Translations under genes and position numbers: made by a program | Notes under the pieces: generated by a model | What the model saw: only the letters and a program-made list of their open reading frames with translations | Database searches by the model: none | Told to the model about the DNA's origin: nothing | Shown here: piece after piece, positions 1-9,716 of the stretch | Position numbering within the stretch: position 1 is the stretch's first letter | Layout of the letters: every line of letters begins with the position of its first letter | NCBI GenBank assembly: GCA_965203805.1 | Contig: OZ241917.1 | Span: 4,704,001 to 4,768,000 of the forward strand | Direction of reading: 5' to 3' | Origin: Candidatus Latescibacterota bacterium | Lineage (GTDB): Bacteria > Latescibacterota > UBA2968 > GCA-2709665 | DNA length: 64,000 bases

Positions 1-1204
1 CCATCTCGCAGTAGGTGGAGCAGTTGCCGCAGGACATGCACTGGCCGCCGTTGGTGGTGATCCGGAAGCGCGAGAAGAATCGCTGAAAGATGCCCAGAAT
101 CGCGGCCATGGGGCAGCCGAAGCGGCACCAGACCCTGCTTCCCATCAGCGGATAGAAACCCACGCCGATAACGCCGGAAAACAGGGCCCCGATGTAGAAG
201 CCGTACGCGCTGGCCAGCGGGCCCGAAAGGCGGCCGAAAACGCGGCCCTCGGTGGCGGAGTTGACCCAGAGCGCGATGGTGGTGACGGTGATGAAGATAA
301 GGACGGAATAGATGATGCCCCGTTCGATCCGCCACGAGCGGGTTGTCTTGCTGGACAGCTGGCGGAAGGGGTCGCCAAGGGTCTCTGCCAGGCCGCCGCA
401 GCCGCAGACCCAGGAGCAGTACCAGCGTTTTCCGTAGAAGTAGGTGAGTAACGGCGTGGCAATGAAGGTGGCCACGGCGCCCCAGAAGACCATAAAGACG
501 CCGAGCGCGCCGGGATGGCTGGTGAGGCTGCCCACGGTGGATGGAAACAGGTAGTCGTATTTGAGCGGCCAGAAGTAGGTGAAATAGAACTCGGGCTGGT
601 TAAAACTCTTGAGTAGCTGCGGAATGAGAAAGGCGAAGCCGAGCTGGAAGAACATTACGGACGCGGTGCGGATGATCTGGTAACGGTTATGCCGGTACTT
701 CATGAACATGCGGACGCCGAACACGAGGATGGCGAGCGTGTACAGGAAACCATAGAAGAACCAGCGGTCCGCCGGACCTCCGGCAAGCGCATGGGACAGC
801 GGGTCCACCAGACGGACGCCGCGCTCCAGGTACTCGGGCCACCAGTAGAGCACAACGTAAAACCCGGTGATGACAATGCCGAGGCCCCATCCCATGAGTC
901 CCAGATGGGTCGTGCTGCCGAACATGATGCCGTCGTGCTTGATCCCCGGGACGGTGTCCCTGTAGGCGAACCAGAAATACGCGGCGGATCCCAGCACGAT
1001 AAGGCCGAAGCTGAGCAGGATGCCGGCCCAGGTACCCGAGAGCGGACCGAGCAGGGTGACGATGAGCGCCAGGATGCCCAGCGCGACAGCCACAATGGAA
1101 AGCCTCTCCGGCCAGGATGCCGGCTGCGCGGGCTGCGCGGGCGGTTCCTCGAAGCCCAGCGATTCCTCGTCGAAGTCGTAGTCAAGGGTGGCGGTATCGA
1201 TCAT
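1..1204 (-). CDS. 4Fe-4S binding polytopic membrane protein (partial, runs off left edge)
   Basis: Not in ORF track (no stop in window). Manual translation from ATG 1204 (ATGA overlap with upstream stop) gives many TM segments plus WYCSWVCGCGG, WCRFGCP and CMSCGNCSTYCEM ferredoxin motifs. Confidence 0.85.
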   Translation of the reverse strand, partial: MIDTATLDYDFDEESLGFEEPPAQPAQPASWPERLSIVAVALGILALIVTLLGPLSGTWAGILLSFGLIVLGSAAYFWFAYRDTVPGIKHDGIMFGSTTHLGLMGWGLGIVITGFYVVLYWWPEYLERGVRLVDPLSHALAGGPADRWFFYGFLYTLAILVFGVRMFMKYRHNRYQIIRTASVMFFQLGFAFLIPQLLKSFNQPEFYFTYFWPLKYDYLFPSTVGSLTSHPGALGVFMVFWGAVATFIATPLLTYFYGKRWYCSWVCGCGGLAETLGDPFRQLSSKTTRSWRIERGIIYSVLIFITVTTIALWVNSATEGRVFGRLSGPLASAYGFYIGALFSGVIGVGFYPLMGSRVWCRFGCPMAAILGIFQRFFSRFRITTNGGQCMSCGNCSTYCEM

Positions 1205-2469
1205 GATATTTGCTCCTTGAGGGCGGGTGCGATTTGGGATTCGTGCCGGTCGAAGAACTCGGGGTCGAAGTTCGCTTCCGCCAGGTGGTCCAGGACGAAG
1301 TCCACCGGGCGCTGTTCCGAAATCCAGCGTTCGCAGACGTCGTGGCGGTAGCGGATGCCCATGAGGTTGACACCGATCACGCCCGCTTCGGTGTATACGA
1401 TACGTACCGACTGCAACTGTTCCGGGTGTCGCCAGAAAAGGTTCCTTTCGCCCGGTACGTTGAGGTTGACGCGGCCGTAGACCTGGTATTCAAGGTCCAG
1501 AAATTTGGCGGAATTATACCAGATGCCCGGATCGTAAGTACGGTCTTCTCCCGCGAGGACGTCGCCCGCGACCTCGCCCTGTTTCTTGCCGGTGTACCAG
1601 ACCTGCTGGAGCAGGTTCCGCTCGCCCCCGGTGACGATTTCGGCACAGTCGCCGGCAGCGTAGATGTCCTGAACACTGGTCCTGAAACTGTGATCGACGA
1701 GAACGCCCCTGCCGGTTGCGATTTCGGAGTCCCGGACCAGATCGATATTCGGAGAAACGCCGGCGGTCAGACCCACAAACTGGCAATCCAGGCGCTCGCC
1801 GTCTTCTGTGACAACGCCGCCGACTCTGCCGTTTCCGTCGTCCAGAATCTCCTTGAGGCTGGTCTTGAGTTTCAGGCCGATGCCCTGTTCCCGGATGATC
1901 TCGTTGATCATTCCGGATTCTTCCATCGGGAGGATGTTGCTCCAGTAAGACGGTTCGCGCACCAGAAAGGTCACGTGAATATTGCGCGAATGCAGCATTT
2001 CGGCGAGTTCGATGCCGATGAGGCCGCCGCCTACGATAACGGCATGGCGGGTTCCGTTCGCATGATCGTAGAGGCTTCGGAGGTCCTGCAGGGAATAGAG
2101 GCCCTGGACGCCTCTCAGGTCCTGTCCCGGCCAGCCGAATTTGTTGGATTTCGAGCCGGATGCGATGAGCAGCTTGTCGAAGTGGAAATCACCGCCGCGG
2201 TGGAGGGTAAGGCATTTCCGGGCGGTGTCGATCCCGGTGACCCAGTCGCGGCGCAGGTCGAGCCGGTTGATGGACCAGAAGTCGTCTTCGAAGGGTTTGG
2301 TTCCCTTGTAGGTCATATGGCCCATGAAGACGTACATCAGGGCCGGCCGCGAATAGTGGTATTTGGACTCACCGGAGATGAGTGTGATGCGCCAGTCGGG
2401 CTGTTTGCGCCGCAGCCGGATTGCCGCGGTCACGCCGGTGACGCCGTTGCCGATGATGGCGACGTGCAC
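1201..2469 (-). CDS. NAD(P)/FAD-dependent oxidoreductase (pyridine nucleotide-disulfide family)
   Basis: GNGVTG FAD motif, GGGLIGIE NAD motif, IYAAGD motif; GTG start at 2469 after GGAGG. Confidence 0.9.
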   Translation of the reverse strand: MHVAIIGNGVTGVTAAIRLRRKQPDWRITLISGESKYHYSRPALMYVFMGHMTYKGTKPFEDDFWSINRLDLRRDWVTGIDTARKCLTLHRGGDFHFDKLLIASGSKSNKFGWPGQDLRGVQGLYSLQDLRSLYDHANGTRHAVIVGGGLIGIELAEMLHSRNIHVTFLVREPSYWSNILPMEESGMINEIIREQGIGLKLKTSLKEILDDGNGRVGGVVTEDGERLDCQFVGLTAGVSPNIDLVRDSEIATGRGVLVDHSFRTSVQDIYAAGDCAEIVTGGERNLLQQVWYTGKKQGEVAGDVLAGEDRTYDPGIWYNSAKFLDLEYQVYGRVNLNVPGERNLFWRHPEQLQSVRIVYTEAGVIGVNLMGIRYRHDVCERWISEQRPVDFVLDHLAEANFDPEFFDRHESQIAPALKEQIS

Positions 2470-2728
2470 GAAGGTTCCTCCCTGGTTTATCCCCTGACGA
2501 CGGAGGTTGGTCACCTGCTGATTCGGCCCGTCGACCGGGGATCCGGTGTGATATGTCGGACAACCGGACGCGCGGGACCGGACCGAAATTAACCAATACG
2601 ACTTGAAAGTCAAGAGCGTATGCTGCCGTCCATTCGGAGGGCGGCTTTATATATTCCAGCGGCGTCCCTTAATTGGCTGACGAACCCGGCTGTGCGCAGG
2701 TTCCATAATCCTTAGAGCACTTACATCA

Positions 2729-2756
2729 TCTCACGTCTCACGTCTTACGTCTACCC
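2729..2756. repeat. Heptamer tandem repeat (TCTCACG/TCTTACG/TCTACCC)
   Basis: Four 7-bp units; same family at 17649-17669, 26346-26507, 33110-33337. Confidence 0.8.
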
Positions 2757-2800
2757 AGGGGCAAGGGGCCGGGGGGAGAGGATGAGCTGACCGCTGACTG

Positions 2801-4018
2801 CTAATCGCTGTTCTTTCCCTTAACGTCGGCAAGATCGTATACCCTGAAGGCGCCCCAGTGCACGATCGACGTGGGCGCCTCCTGCGCCTCGATTCCGAGG
2901 CGCTTCTGCATCAGGCTTCGCCTCGCCCTCACGTCTCCCGGATGGAGCGTGATGGTATCGATACCTTCAGCCGGAAGGTTGGCAAAGGAGAATTCGTCTG
3001 ACCCGCCGTGGGTCATCGGTTCGTCATCGATCCGGAGGCGAACCGTTCCGAGCCGGGTATCCCACTCGATCCTGAAACGGTAGACTTTCCCGTCGGCGAC
3101 GTCCACGGCCTGATCGAATTCGGTGATGCCTTCGGCGGTGCAGATGATTATCTTGCCTCTGAGCAACCCGAACTGGATGTTTGCGTACTTGATGATACCC
3201 TGGTTTTCTTCCAGGATGAGGCAGGACTCCAGCGCCGAGTCGGCAGGCTTCATTTCGAATTCGACGGCGCCGGCCTTCAGCCGGGGAATGCGGACCTTGA
3301 CATAGCCGTACTTCGTGGCCGTCTCGAGCCACCGGTGGCCCACCGGGCGCATGACGGTCTCGCAGACGTTGTCGTCCGGCATGCCATCCGGCGGGGGAGC
3401 AACCGGCGCCCAGTGAAGCGGAAAGGTCTCACGGGTTGCCAGGTCGCCGCCCTTATATTCGGCGTACTCCCTCAGGCGGATGAGGCTGCCCGCTTCAGCC
3501 GTCTCCGTGACCAGTTCGATGCTGGCGATTTCCTCAACGTCCGTCCCAATGCATCCGGAAACCTCGACCGGGCTGTTTTCGTCCAGAGTAAACCGGAACT
3601 GATTCAGCACATAATCGAATCCGGAAAAAGTCACGCGATGTTCGTCAGACGGTACGACGTAGGTTGGGCGAATCGCTGGATTGGCGTAGGGTTTGCCGTA
3701 GTGGAAGGTCAGGGACTCGCCGGAGTCGACGGTTCCCCGTTCTCCGGCCAGGTAGATCCGGCCGTCGACGTCGATCCGGCAGTCCAGCGCTATCCGGTTG
3801 CCGGCGCCGTAGAAACGGATGTGGTAGCGTTTGCCAAGTGCGACCCGTGTTCTCAGCGCCACGGCATCCTCCGCGCGCCGGATGGGATTCTCAATTCGAC
3901 GGGAGCAGCGCGCCCGGCCTCGCGAGCCGTCTATCGTGAGGTAGCCGTCCTCACCGAATATACAGGCGCCTCCCTCGCCGCGGTCGTGCCAGCAGAAGTC
4001 CTGTGAGGCAATCAGCAT
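2801..4018 (-). CDS. Hypothetical protein, possible concanavalin A-like beta-sandwich domains
   Basis: Long ORF, ATG 4018 after GGAAAGGA; beta-strand pattern (VEFEMKP...YRFRIEWD...VRLRIDD). Confidence 0.6.
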   Translation of the reverse strand: MLIASQDFCWHDRGEGGACIFGEDGYLTIDGSRGRARCSRRIENPIRRAEDAVALRTRVALGKRYHIRFYGAGNRIALDCRIDVDGRIYLAGERGTVDSGESLTFHYGKPYANPAIRPTYVVPSDEHRVTFSGFDYVLNQFRFTLDENSPVEVSGCIGTDVEEIASIELVTETAEAGSLIRLREYAEYKGGDLATRETFPLHWAPVAPPPDGMPDDNVCETVMRPVGHRWLETATKYGYVKVRIPRLKAGAVEFEMKPADSALESCLILEENQGIIKYANIQFGLLRGKIIICTAEGITEFDQAVDVADGKVYRFRIEWDTRLGTVRLRIDDEPMTHGGSDEFSFANLPAEGIDTITLHPGDVRARRSLMQKRLGIEAQEAPTSIVHWGAFRVYDLADVKGKNSD

Positions 4019-4180
4019 GGATTCCTTTCCGGGTCGGTGGAGATTCGTGCATATATACGATTTCACGTGACCGAAAAATGATGAATCAAGGTTAATCTTT
4101 CCATGCGAAAATAAGGCGCAGGAGCAGGACGATCAAGGAGGATTGTTCCGGCGCCGACAACAGCGTGAGGAGGGACCGAC

Positions 4181-6871
4181 GTGAACGCGGGCAGTCTGTT
4201 TTACCCTGCGGAGTTGATTGAAAAGGCAAAGCGCAATGCCGAGAACCACGCCTGGGCGAAGCGGTCGCGGGACCGGATCGTGGAGGCGGCGCAACCTTGG
4301 ATGGCGTTCTCTGACGATGAGCTGTGGGACCTGATGTTCGGAAGTACCGTCCGGAGGTCCTGGATGGTCTGGTCCAACGGGCACTGTCCGGCCTGCAAGG
4401 AGGGTGTGCCCATGTACAACTGGCGGATCGAGGCGTTGCGTGTTCCGTGCAAACTTCGATGCCCGCACTGCGGACAGCTGTTTCCCAAGAACGACTTCCA
4501 CGCGTTCTACCGGTCGGGCCTGGACGAGCACGGGGTGTTTCAGCACGGCCTCGCGGACAGATCGCTGCTGTTCAATACCGAGCATCCGGACCCGGACGAC
4601 CCGCTGCACAGGTTCGGCGTGGACGACGGCGAGGGGTACAGAGACGGCGAGAACACCTGGTGGTTTGTCGGGACGTACCTGGTCTACGGCCAATGGAAGC
4701 AGGTCGTACACGGCGGGATCAAGGCGCTCGCGGCGGCGTACGCGGCAACCGGCGACCCGGCGTACGCCCACAAGGCGGGGGTGCTGCTGGACCGCGTGGC
4801 CGATCTGTATACGACGTTCGATTTCAAGGACCAGGCGATGATGTACGAAGGACCGGCCCATGCCGGGTACGTGTCCACCTGGCACGACGCGTGCGAGGAA
4901 GCCCGGGAACTGGCGCAGGCGTACGACCAGGTTCGGGAAGCCCTGCGGGGCGACGAGGCGCTGGCGGGATTCTTGAGCGGGAAGGCTGCGAAGTATGGCA
5001 TCGACGCAAGCAAGGCGTCCCCCGTGGACGTAATGCGCCATATCGAGGAGGGAATCCTGCGGGACACGATCATTAACCACGAACGCATCCGGTCCAACTA
5101 TCCCCGCAAGGAGATCGCTCTGATTACGATACATTCGGTGCTGGACTGGGAGGGAAACCGAGACAAGGTCTACGGGTTGATCGACGAAATGATGGAACGC
5201 GCGACCGCGGTAGACGGCGTGACCGGTGAAAAGGGTCTCGCGGGTTACTGCTCGGGAGTCATTCAGAGCCTGGCGCAATTCCTCGCCCGGTTCAGCCGGG
5301 TCGATCCCGGTTTCCTGCGCGACATGCTGGCGAGGCACCCGAAGCTGAGGCAGACGTACCGGTTTCATATCGACACGTGGTGCCTCCAGCGATACTACCC
5401 GCAGGTGGGCGATACGGGCTCCTTTGCCGCGCAGGTCGAGAAATACGTGGGGGTGTCCTTCTCGGACGACCCCGGACTGGAACCGTCGATGTTCGCATTC
5501 CTGTGGCGTCTCTACCAGGAAACGGGAGATGAGGCCTATGTGCAGGCTTTGTTCCAGTCCAACGGGAATACCGTGGACGAATTGCCGCGGGACCTGTTTG
5601 CGGACGATCCCGAGGGGTTTCAGAGCGACGTGAGGCAGGTGATCGATGCGCGCGGGCCGGAAATCGGACAGGGCAGCGTCAACAAAACGGAGTGGCGGCT
5701 GGCCGTGCTGCGGTCCGGTCGGGGGGACAACCGTCGCGCCGCGTGGCTGGACTACGATTCGGGCGGGCCGCACGGTCACGCGGACGGAATGAACCTGGGC
5801 CTGTTTGCGATGGGCCTGGACCTGATGCCGGATTTCGGATACCCGCCGGTACACTACGGGGGCTGGTCCGGGCCGAAATTCCACTGGTACGTGAGCACCG
5901 CGGGTCACAATACGGTGGTTGTGGACGGCAAGGACCAGGAGCGACCGTCGGATGGAGACGCCACACTTTGGGCCGATGGCGAGTGCTTCAGGGCGATCCG
6001 GGTCGACGGTTCCGCGCTGTACAGGATTCCCCGGTATGAACGCATGGTGGCGATGGTGGATGTTTCGGAGAACAGCAGCTATCTTCTGGACGTATTCCGT
6101 GTGGCGGGCGGGAGAGACCACGCGAAGTTCATGCACAGTCACTTCGGCGCTATTTCGACGCATGGGCTCTCGCTGGCGCCCACCGAGGAATTCGGATACG
6201 AAACGCAGATGCGGAATTTCCGGCGTGATGGACAGCCCGATACCGGGTGGCACGCGGACTGGAAGGTGGAGGACCGGTTCGGATATATCGAGGAGGGCCG
6301 CGACATCCACCTGCGTTATACGGATCTTACAGAAGAAGCGGAGGCTTGTACGGCCGAGGCGTGGGTTGCGCTGCGGGGGTTTGGCGGCAACGAGACCGCA
6401 TGGATTCCCCGGGTGATGGTGCGGCGTCAGTCCGACGACGAGCCGCTGGTATCCGCGTTTATCGGGGTGATCGAAGCCTATGAGGGCGTGCCCTCGGTCT
6501 CGGGCGTTCACCGGCTTTCCATGGAAGGGGAAATTGAACATGGTCGGCAGGTGACGGACGTGGGCGTGGAGATCGATCTCGCGGACGGGCGGCGTGACGT
6601 GATTCTGGTCCGAGACGTGGAAAACACGGTGCCCGACAACGGCCAGATGTTGCGCCGGGACTGGAGCGTGCGCACCGACGGGGAGTTGTGCATGGTGCGC
6701 AGAGGCGACGACGGTTCGGTCTCGAGGATTGCAATTTGTAACGGTAAGAGCGTCCGGGCAGGCGATACCGCGCTGGATTTCGAGAAAAGAACGGAATACG
6801 CGGAGATCGGATTCGAATCCGGTTCTCCGGAGATTCTCGCGGGAAGCGGAGACCTGATTCAACAGGTGTAA
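4181..6871 (+). CDS. Heparinase II/III-like family protein
   Basis: HGHADGMNLGLF, PDFGYP and STAGHNTVVVDG motifs; GAGGAGG RBS. Confidence 0.8.
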   Translation: MNAGSLFYPAELIEKAKRNAENHAWAKRSRDRIVEAAQPWMAFSDDELWDLMFGSTVRRSWMVWSNGHCPACKEGVPMYNWRIEALRVPCKLRCPHCGQLFPKNDFHAFYRSGLDEHGVFQHGLADRSLLFNTEHPDPDDPLHRFGVDDGEGYRDGENTWWFVGTYLVYGQWKQVVHGGIKALAAAYAATGDPAYAHKAGVLLDRVADLYTTFDFKDQAMMYEGPAHAGYVSTWHDACEEARELAQAYDQVREALRGDEALAGFLSGKAAKYGIDASKASPVDVMRHIEEGILRDTIINHERIRSNYPRKEIALITIHSVLDWEGNRDKVYGLIDEMMERATAVDGVTGEKGLAGYCSGVIQSLAQFLARFSRVDPGFLRDMLARHPKLRQTYRFHIDTWCLQRYYPQVGDTGSFAAQVEKYVGVSFSDDPGLEPSMFAFLWRLYQETGDEAYVQALFQSNGNTVDELPRDLFADDPEGFQSDVRQVIDARGPEIGQGSVNKTEWRLAVLRSGRGDNRRAAWLDYDSGGPHGHADGMNLGLFAMGLDLMPDFGYPPVHYGGWSGPKFHWYVSTAGHNTVVVDGKDQERPSDGDATLWADGECFRAIRVDGSALYRIPRYERMVAMVDVSENSSYLLDVFRVAGGRDHAKFMHSHFGAISTHGLSLAPTEEFGYETQMRNFRRDGQPDTGWHADWKVEDRFGYIEEGRDIHLRYTDLTEEAEACTAEAWVALRGFGGNETAWIPRVMVRRQSDDEPLVSAFIGVIEAYEGVPSVSGVHRLSMEGEIEHGRQVTDVGVEIDLADGRRDVILVRDVENTVPDNGQMLRRDWSVRTDGELCMVRRGDDGSVSRIAICNGKSVRAGDTALDFEKRTEYAEIGFESGSPEILAGSGDLIQQV

Positions 6872-6894
6872 CCCATTACAGGAGCAACGGGGCT

Positions 6895-8820
6895 ATGGGC
6901 TCGGAACCGGACTACGGTGTTGTTGTCGCCAAAGACGTCATGATTCCCATGCGGGACGGCGTCCGGCTGGCTACGGACGTCTACCGGCCCTCACGCGACG
7001 GCGAACCCGCGTCCGGCAGGTTTCCCGCGATTCTGGGGCGGACGTCGTACGACAAAAGCAGTCCCCTGATGTGGGTGGAGCCGGTTGGCATGTTCTTTGC
7101 AAGGCATGGGTACGTTTCGGTGGTCCAGGACCTGCGGGGCAGGCACCGGTCCGAAGGGACCGGTCAATACTACCATACGGCCAACCCGGGAGAGGGAGAG
7201 GATGGCTACGATACCGTGTCCTGGATTGGGGAACAACCGTGGTCCAACGGTCGCGTGGGCACGGTGGGAAGTTCGCACGGCGCGATCGTTCAGGCGGTGA
7301 TGGCGCTGTACCGCCCGCCGAATCTCGCGGCGATGTGGCAGGACGTGGGCCCGACCAACATGTACGCGCATTGCTCCCGCGAAGGAGGCGCGATGGCGCT
7401 GCATATGTTCGGCGCCCTATTCCTGCACGGGCACGACGCCCAGGAGGTCAGGGACGACCCCATCGCCGTGAAGGCGTTCGCAGATGCCATGGAGCGGATC
7501 AGGGAACTGGTCTACGCCACCCCGTTCACGCCGGGGGACACGCCCCTGAAAGCGGTGCCCAATCTGGAAAAGATACTTTTCGACTACTACCATCGCGGCG
7601 AGTACGACGAGTTCTGGCAGCAGGACTGCTGCGACCAGGAGCGGCATTTTGACCGGCACGGCGATATCCCTTCCGTATTCAGCGGGGGCTGGTACGATCC
7701 GTTCGCGGGGGCGACGACCGGTTATTTCGCGGCGATGTCGAAACAGAACCGGACGCCCCAGCGGCTGTTGATGGGGCCGTGGAACCACGGCGGTATACGA
7801 GGAGAGGGCGATTCATTCGCCGGCGACGTGGATTTCGGACCCGATGCGTCGTGGGGCGACGACGTGTACAACAGGGAGAGGCTCCGGTGGTTCGACCGAT
7901 GGTTGAAGGGTATTGCCAATGACGTGAACGACGACCCTCCCGTGCGAATCTTCGTCATGGGAGGCGGCGACGGGCGCCGCAATGCGGAAGGACGCCTGAA
8001 CCACGGCGGGACCTGGCGCTCGGAGCGGGAGTGGCCGCTCGCGCGGACGGTCTACACGCCGTATTATCTTCGCGACGGAGGCCATCTGAGCGTGGAAATT
8101 CCGGCGGAACGGGAGAGTCGGGCTGATTATCGGCACGACCCCGACAATCCGGTGCCGACCATCGCGGGGAACGTGACCGGCTTTTACGAACTGGTGCCGC
8201 TCGGCGACGGGATGGTGGAGCGATACACGCCCCCGAGAGCGCGGATGCGCAGCATTGTGCTGGACGGAGCCGCGCATCAACAGGAGGCGCCCGGGATCGT
8301 CGGCGCCGCACTGCCGTATCCGCTCCTGGCGTCCCGGGACGACGTGCTGGTCTTTCAAACGGGTCCGCTGGCCGAGGACGTCGAGGTGACCGGCCCGATT
8401 ACGGTAAATCTCTGGATCACTTCCACCGCCGTGGATACGGACTTTACCGCAAAGCTGATCGACGTGTATCCCGCCGGCGACGACTATCCGGCGGGCTATC
8501 ATATGAATCTGGTCGACTCCATCATCCGCACACGCTATCGACACGGGTGGGAGCAAGCGGAAATGATGACGCCGGGCGACGTCTATGCCGTGAAGATCGA
8601 TCTGCCGCCCACGAGTAATCTGTTCAAGCGCCGCCACCGGATCCGGGTGGATATCTCCAGCAGCAATTTTCCACGCTTCGATGTGAATCCGAATACAGGA
8701 GAGCCCGTCGGACGGCATACCCATTCGGTTGTTGCGCGAAATACGGTTTACATGGACCTTGAGCGGCCTTCCCACATCGTCCTGCCGATCATTCCGTTGC
8801 CGGAGGGAAGCAGGCGCTGA
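6895..8820 (+). CDS. CocE/NonD family serine hydrolase
   Basis: MRDGVRLATDVYRP, GSSHG nucleophile elbow, GWYD, GPWNH, SSSNFPRF. Confidence 0.92.
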   Translation: MGSEPDYGVVVAKDVMIPMRDGVRLATDVYRPSRDGEPASGRFPAILGRTSYDKSSPLMWVEPVGMFFARHGYVSVVQDLRGRHRSEGTGQYYHTANPGEGEDGYDTVSWIGEQPWSNGRVGTVGSSHGAIVQAVMALYRPPNLAAMWQDVGPTNMYAHCSREGGAMALHMFGALFLHGHDAQEVRDDPIAVKAFADAMERIRELVYATPFTPGDTPLKAVPNLEKILFDYYHRGEYDEFWQQDCCDQERHFDRHGDIPSVFSGGWYDPFAGATTGYFAAMSKQNRTPQRLLMGPWNHGGIRGEGDSFAGDVDFGPDASWGDDVYNRERLRWFDRWLKGIANDVNDDPPVRIFVMGGGDGRRNAEGRLNHGGTWRSEREWPLARTVYTPYYLRDGGHLSVEIPAERESRADYRHDPDNPVPTIAGNVTGFYELVPLGDGMVERYTPPRARMRSIVLDGAAHQQEAPGIVGAALPYPLLASRDDVLVFQTGPLAEDVEVTGPITVNLWITSTAVDTDFTAKLIDVYPAGDDYPAGYHMNLVDSIIRTRYRHGWEQAEMMTPGDVYAVKIDLPPTSNLFKRRHRIRVDISSSNFPRFDVNPNTGEPVGRHTHSVVARNTVYMDLERPSHIVLPIIPLPEGSRR

Positions 8821-8861
8821 CCTGCGAGGACAAAAGGTTTTTTTCATACAGGAGGCTATAG

Positions 8862-9659
8862 ATGGCCACGAGCGAACCGACGGTACAGAGGCTGTTTGAC
8901 TTGAGCGGAAAGGTGGCGCTGGTGACGGGCGGCACCGGGTTTCTGGGGTCCGCGTTCGCCACAGCGCTGGCCGAGGCGGGGGCGAGGGTCGTCATCAGCA
9001 GCAGAGAGCGCAGCCGCGCCGAGGCAGCGGTCGCGACGTTGCCTGGTGACGCCGATCACGTGGGCGTTCGGCTGGACCATATGGATGGGGGATCCATCGA
9101 AGCCGGTTTTGCCGATGCGGTGGAAGCGACCGGACAGATCGACGTTCTGGTCAACAATGGGAACGAGGGCGTGCTGAACGACTGGACCGACGTGACACAC
9201 GAGCAGTTCGCGAGGCAACAGGGGAACGTGGCCGGGTATTTCACGCTTGCCCGGCTGGTGCGAAACGACGCCGTGGAACGCGGAGACCCCGCGAGCATTG
9301 TCATGCTCGGGTCCATGTACGGACAGGTGGCGTCCTATCCGGATTCCTACGCGGGGGTGTGTCCCGCCAGCCCCGCGGCCTATCACGCGCTGAAAGGCGG
9401 GATCATCCACGTGACGCGACACCTCGCGGTCTACTGGGCGGCGGATCGGGTGAGGGTGAATTGTCTGAGCCCGGGGCCGTTTCCCAATATGACCAAAGCG
9501 CCCCACGAAATGGTGGACCGCTTGTGCACGAAGAGCCCGATGGGACGCATGGGGGAACCGCACGAGCTGAAGGGCGCGATCGTGTTTCTCGCAAGTGACG
9601 CCAGCAGTTACATGACCGGCCAGAATATGACTATTGACGGCGGATGGACGGCGTGGTAA
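8862..9659 (+). CDS. SDR family oxidoreductase
   Basis: TGGTGFLG, YHALK catalytic YxxxK, MTGQNMTIDGG. Confidence 0.9.
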   Translation: MATSEPTVQRLFDLSGKVALVTGGTGFLGSAFATALAEAGARVVISSRERSRAEAAVATLPGDADHVGVRLDHMDGGSIEAGFADAVEATGQIDVLVNNGNEGVLNDWTDVTHEQFARQQGNVAGYFTLARLVRNDAVERGDPASIVMLGSMYGQVASYPDSYAGVCPASPAAYHALKGGIIHVTRHLAVYWAADRVRVNCLSPGPFPNMTKAPHEMVDRLCTKSPMGRMGEPHELKGAIVFLASDASSYMTGQNMTIDGGWTAW

Positions 9660-9716
9660 TGTCCGGTCCCGGAAATCAGCTCCCTGAGCTCGACCGCCGC
9701 GTCTGGAGGATCGGAG

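Noticed and set aside
4133-6862. 909-aa antisense ORF and similar long shadow ORFs (e.g. 1210-2592, 14549-15751, 19543-20823, 26465-27661)
   Set aside because: They lie opposite genes with clear family motifs, have no motifs themselves, and are expected from high-GC codon bias
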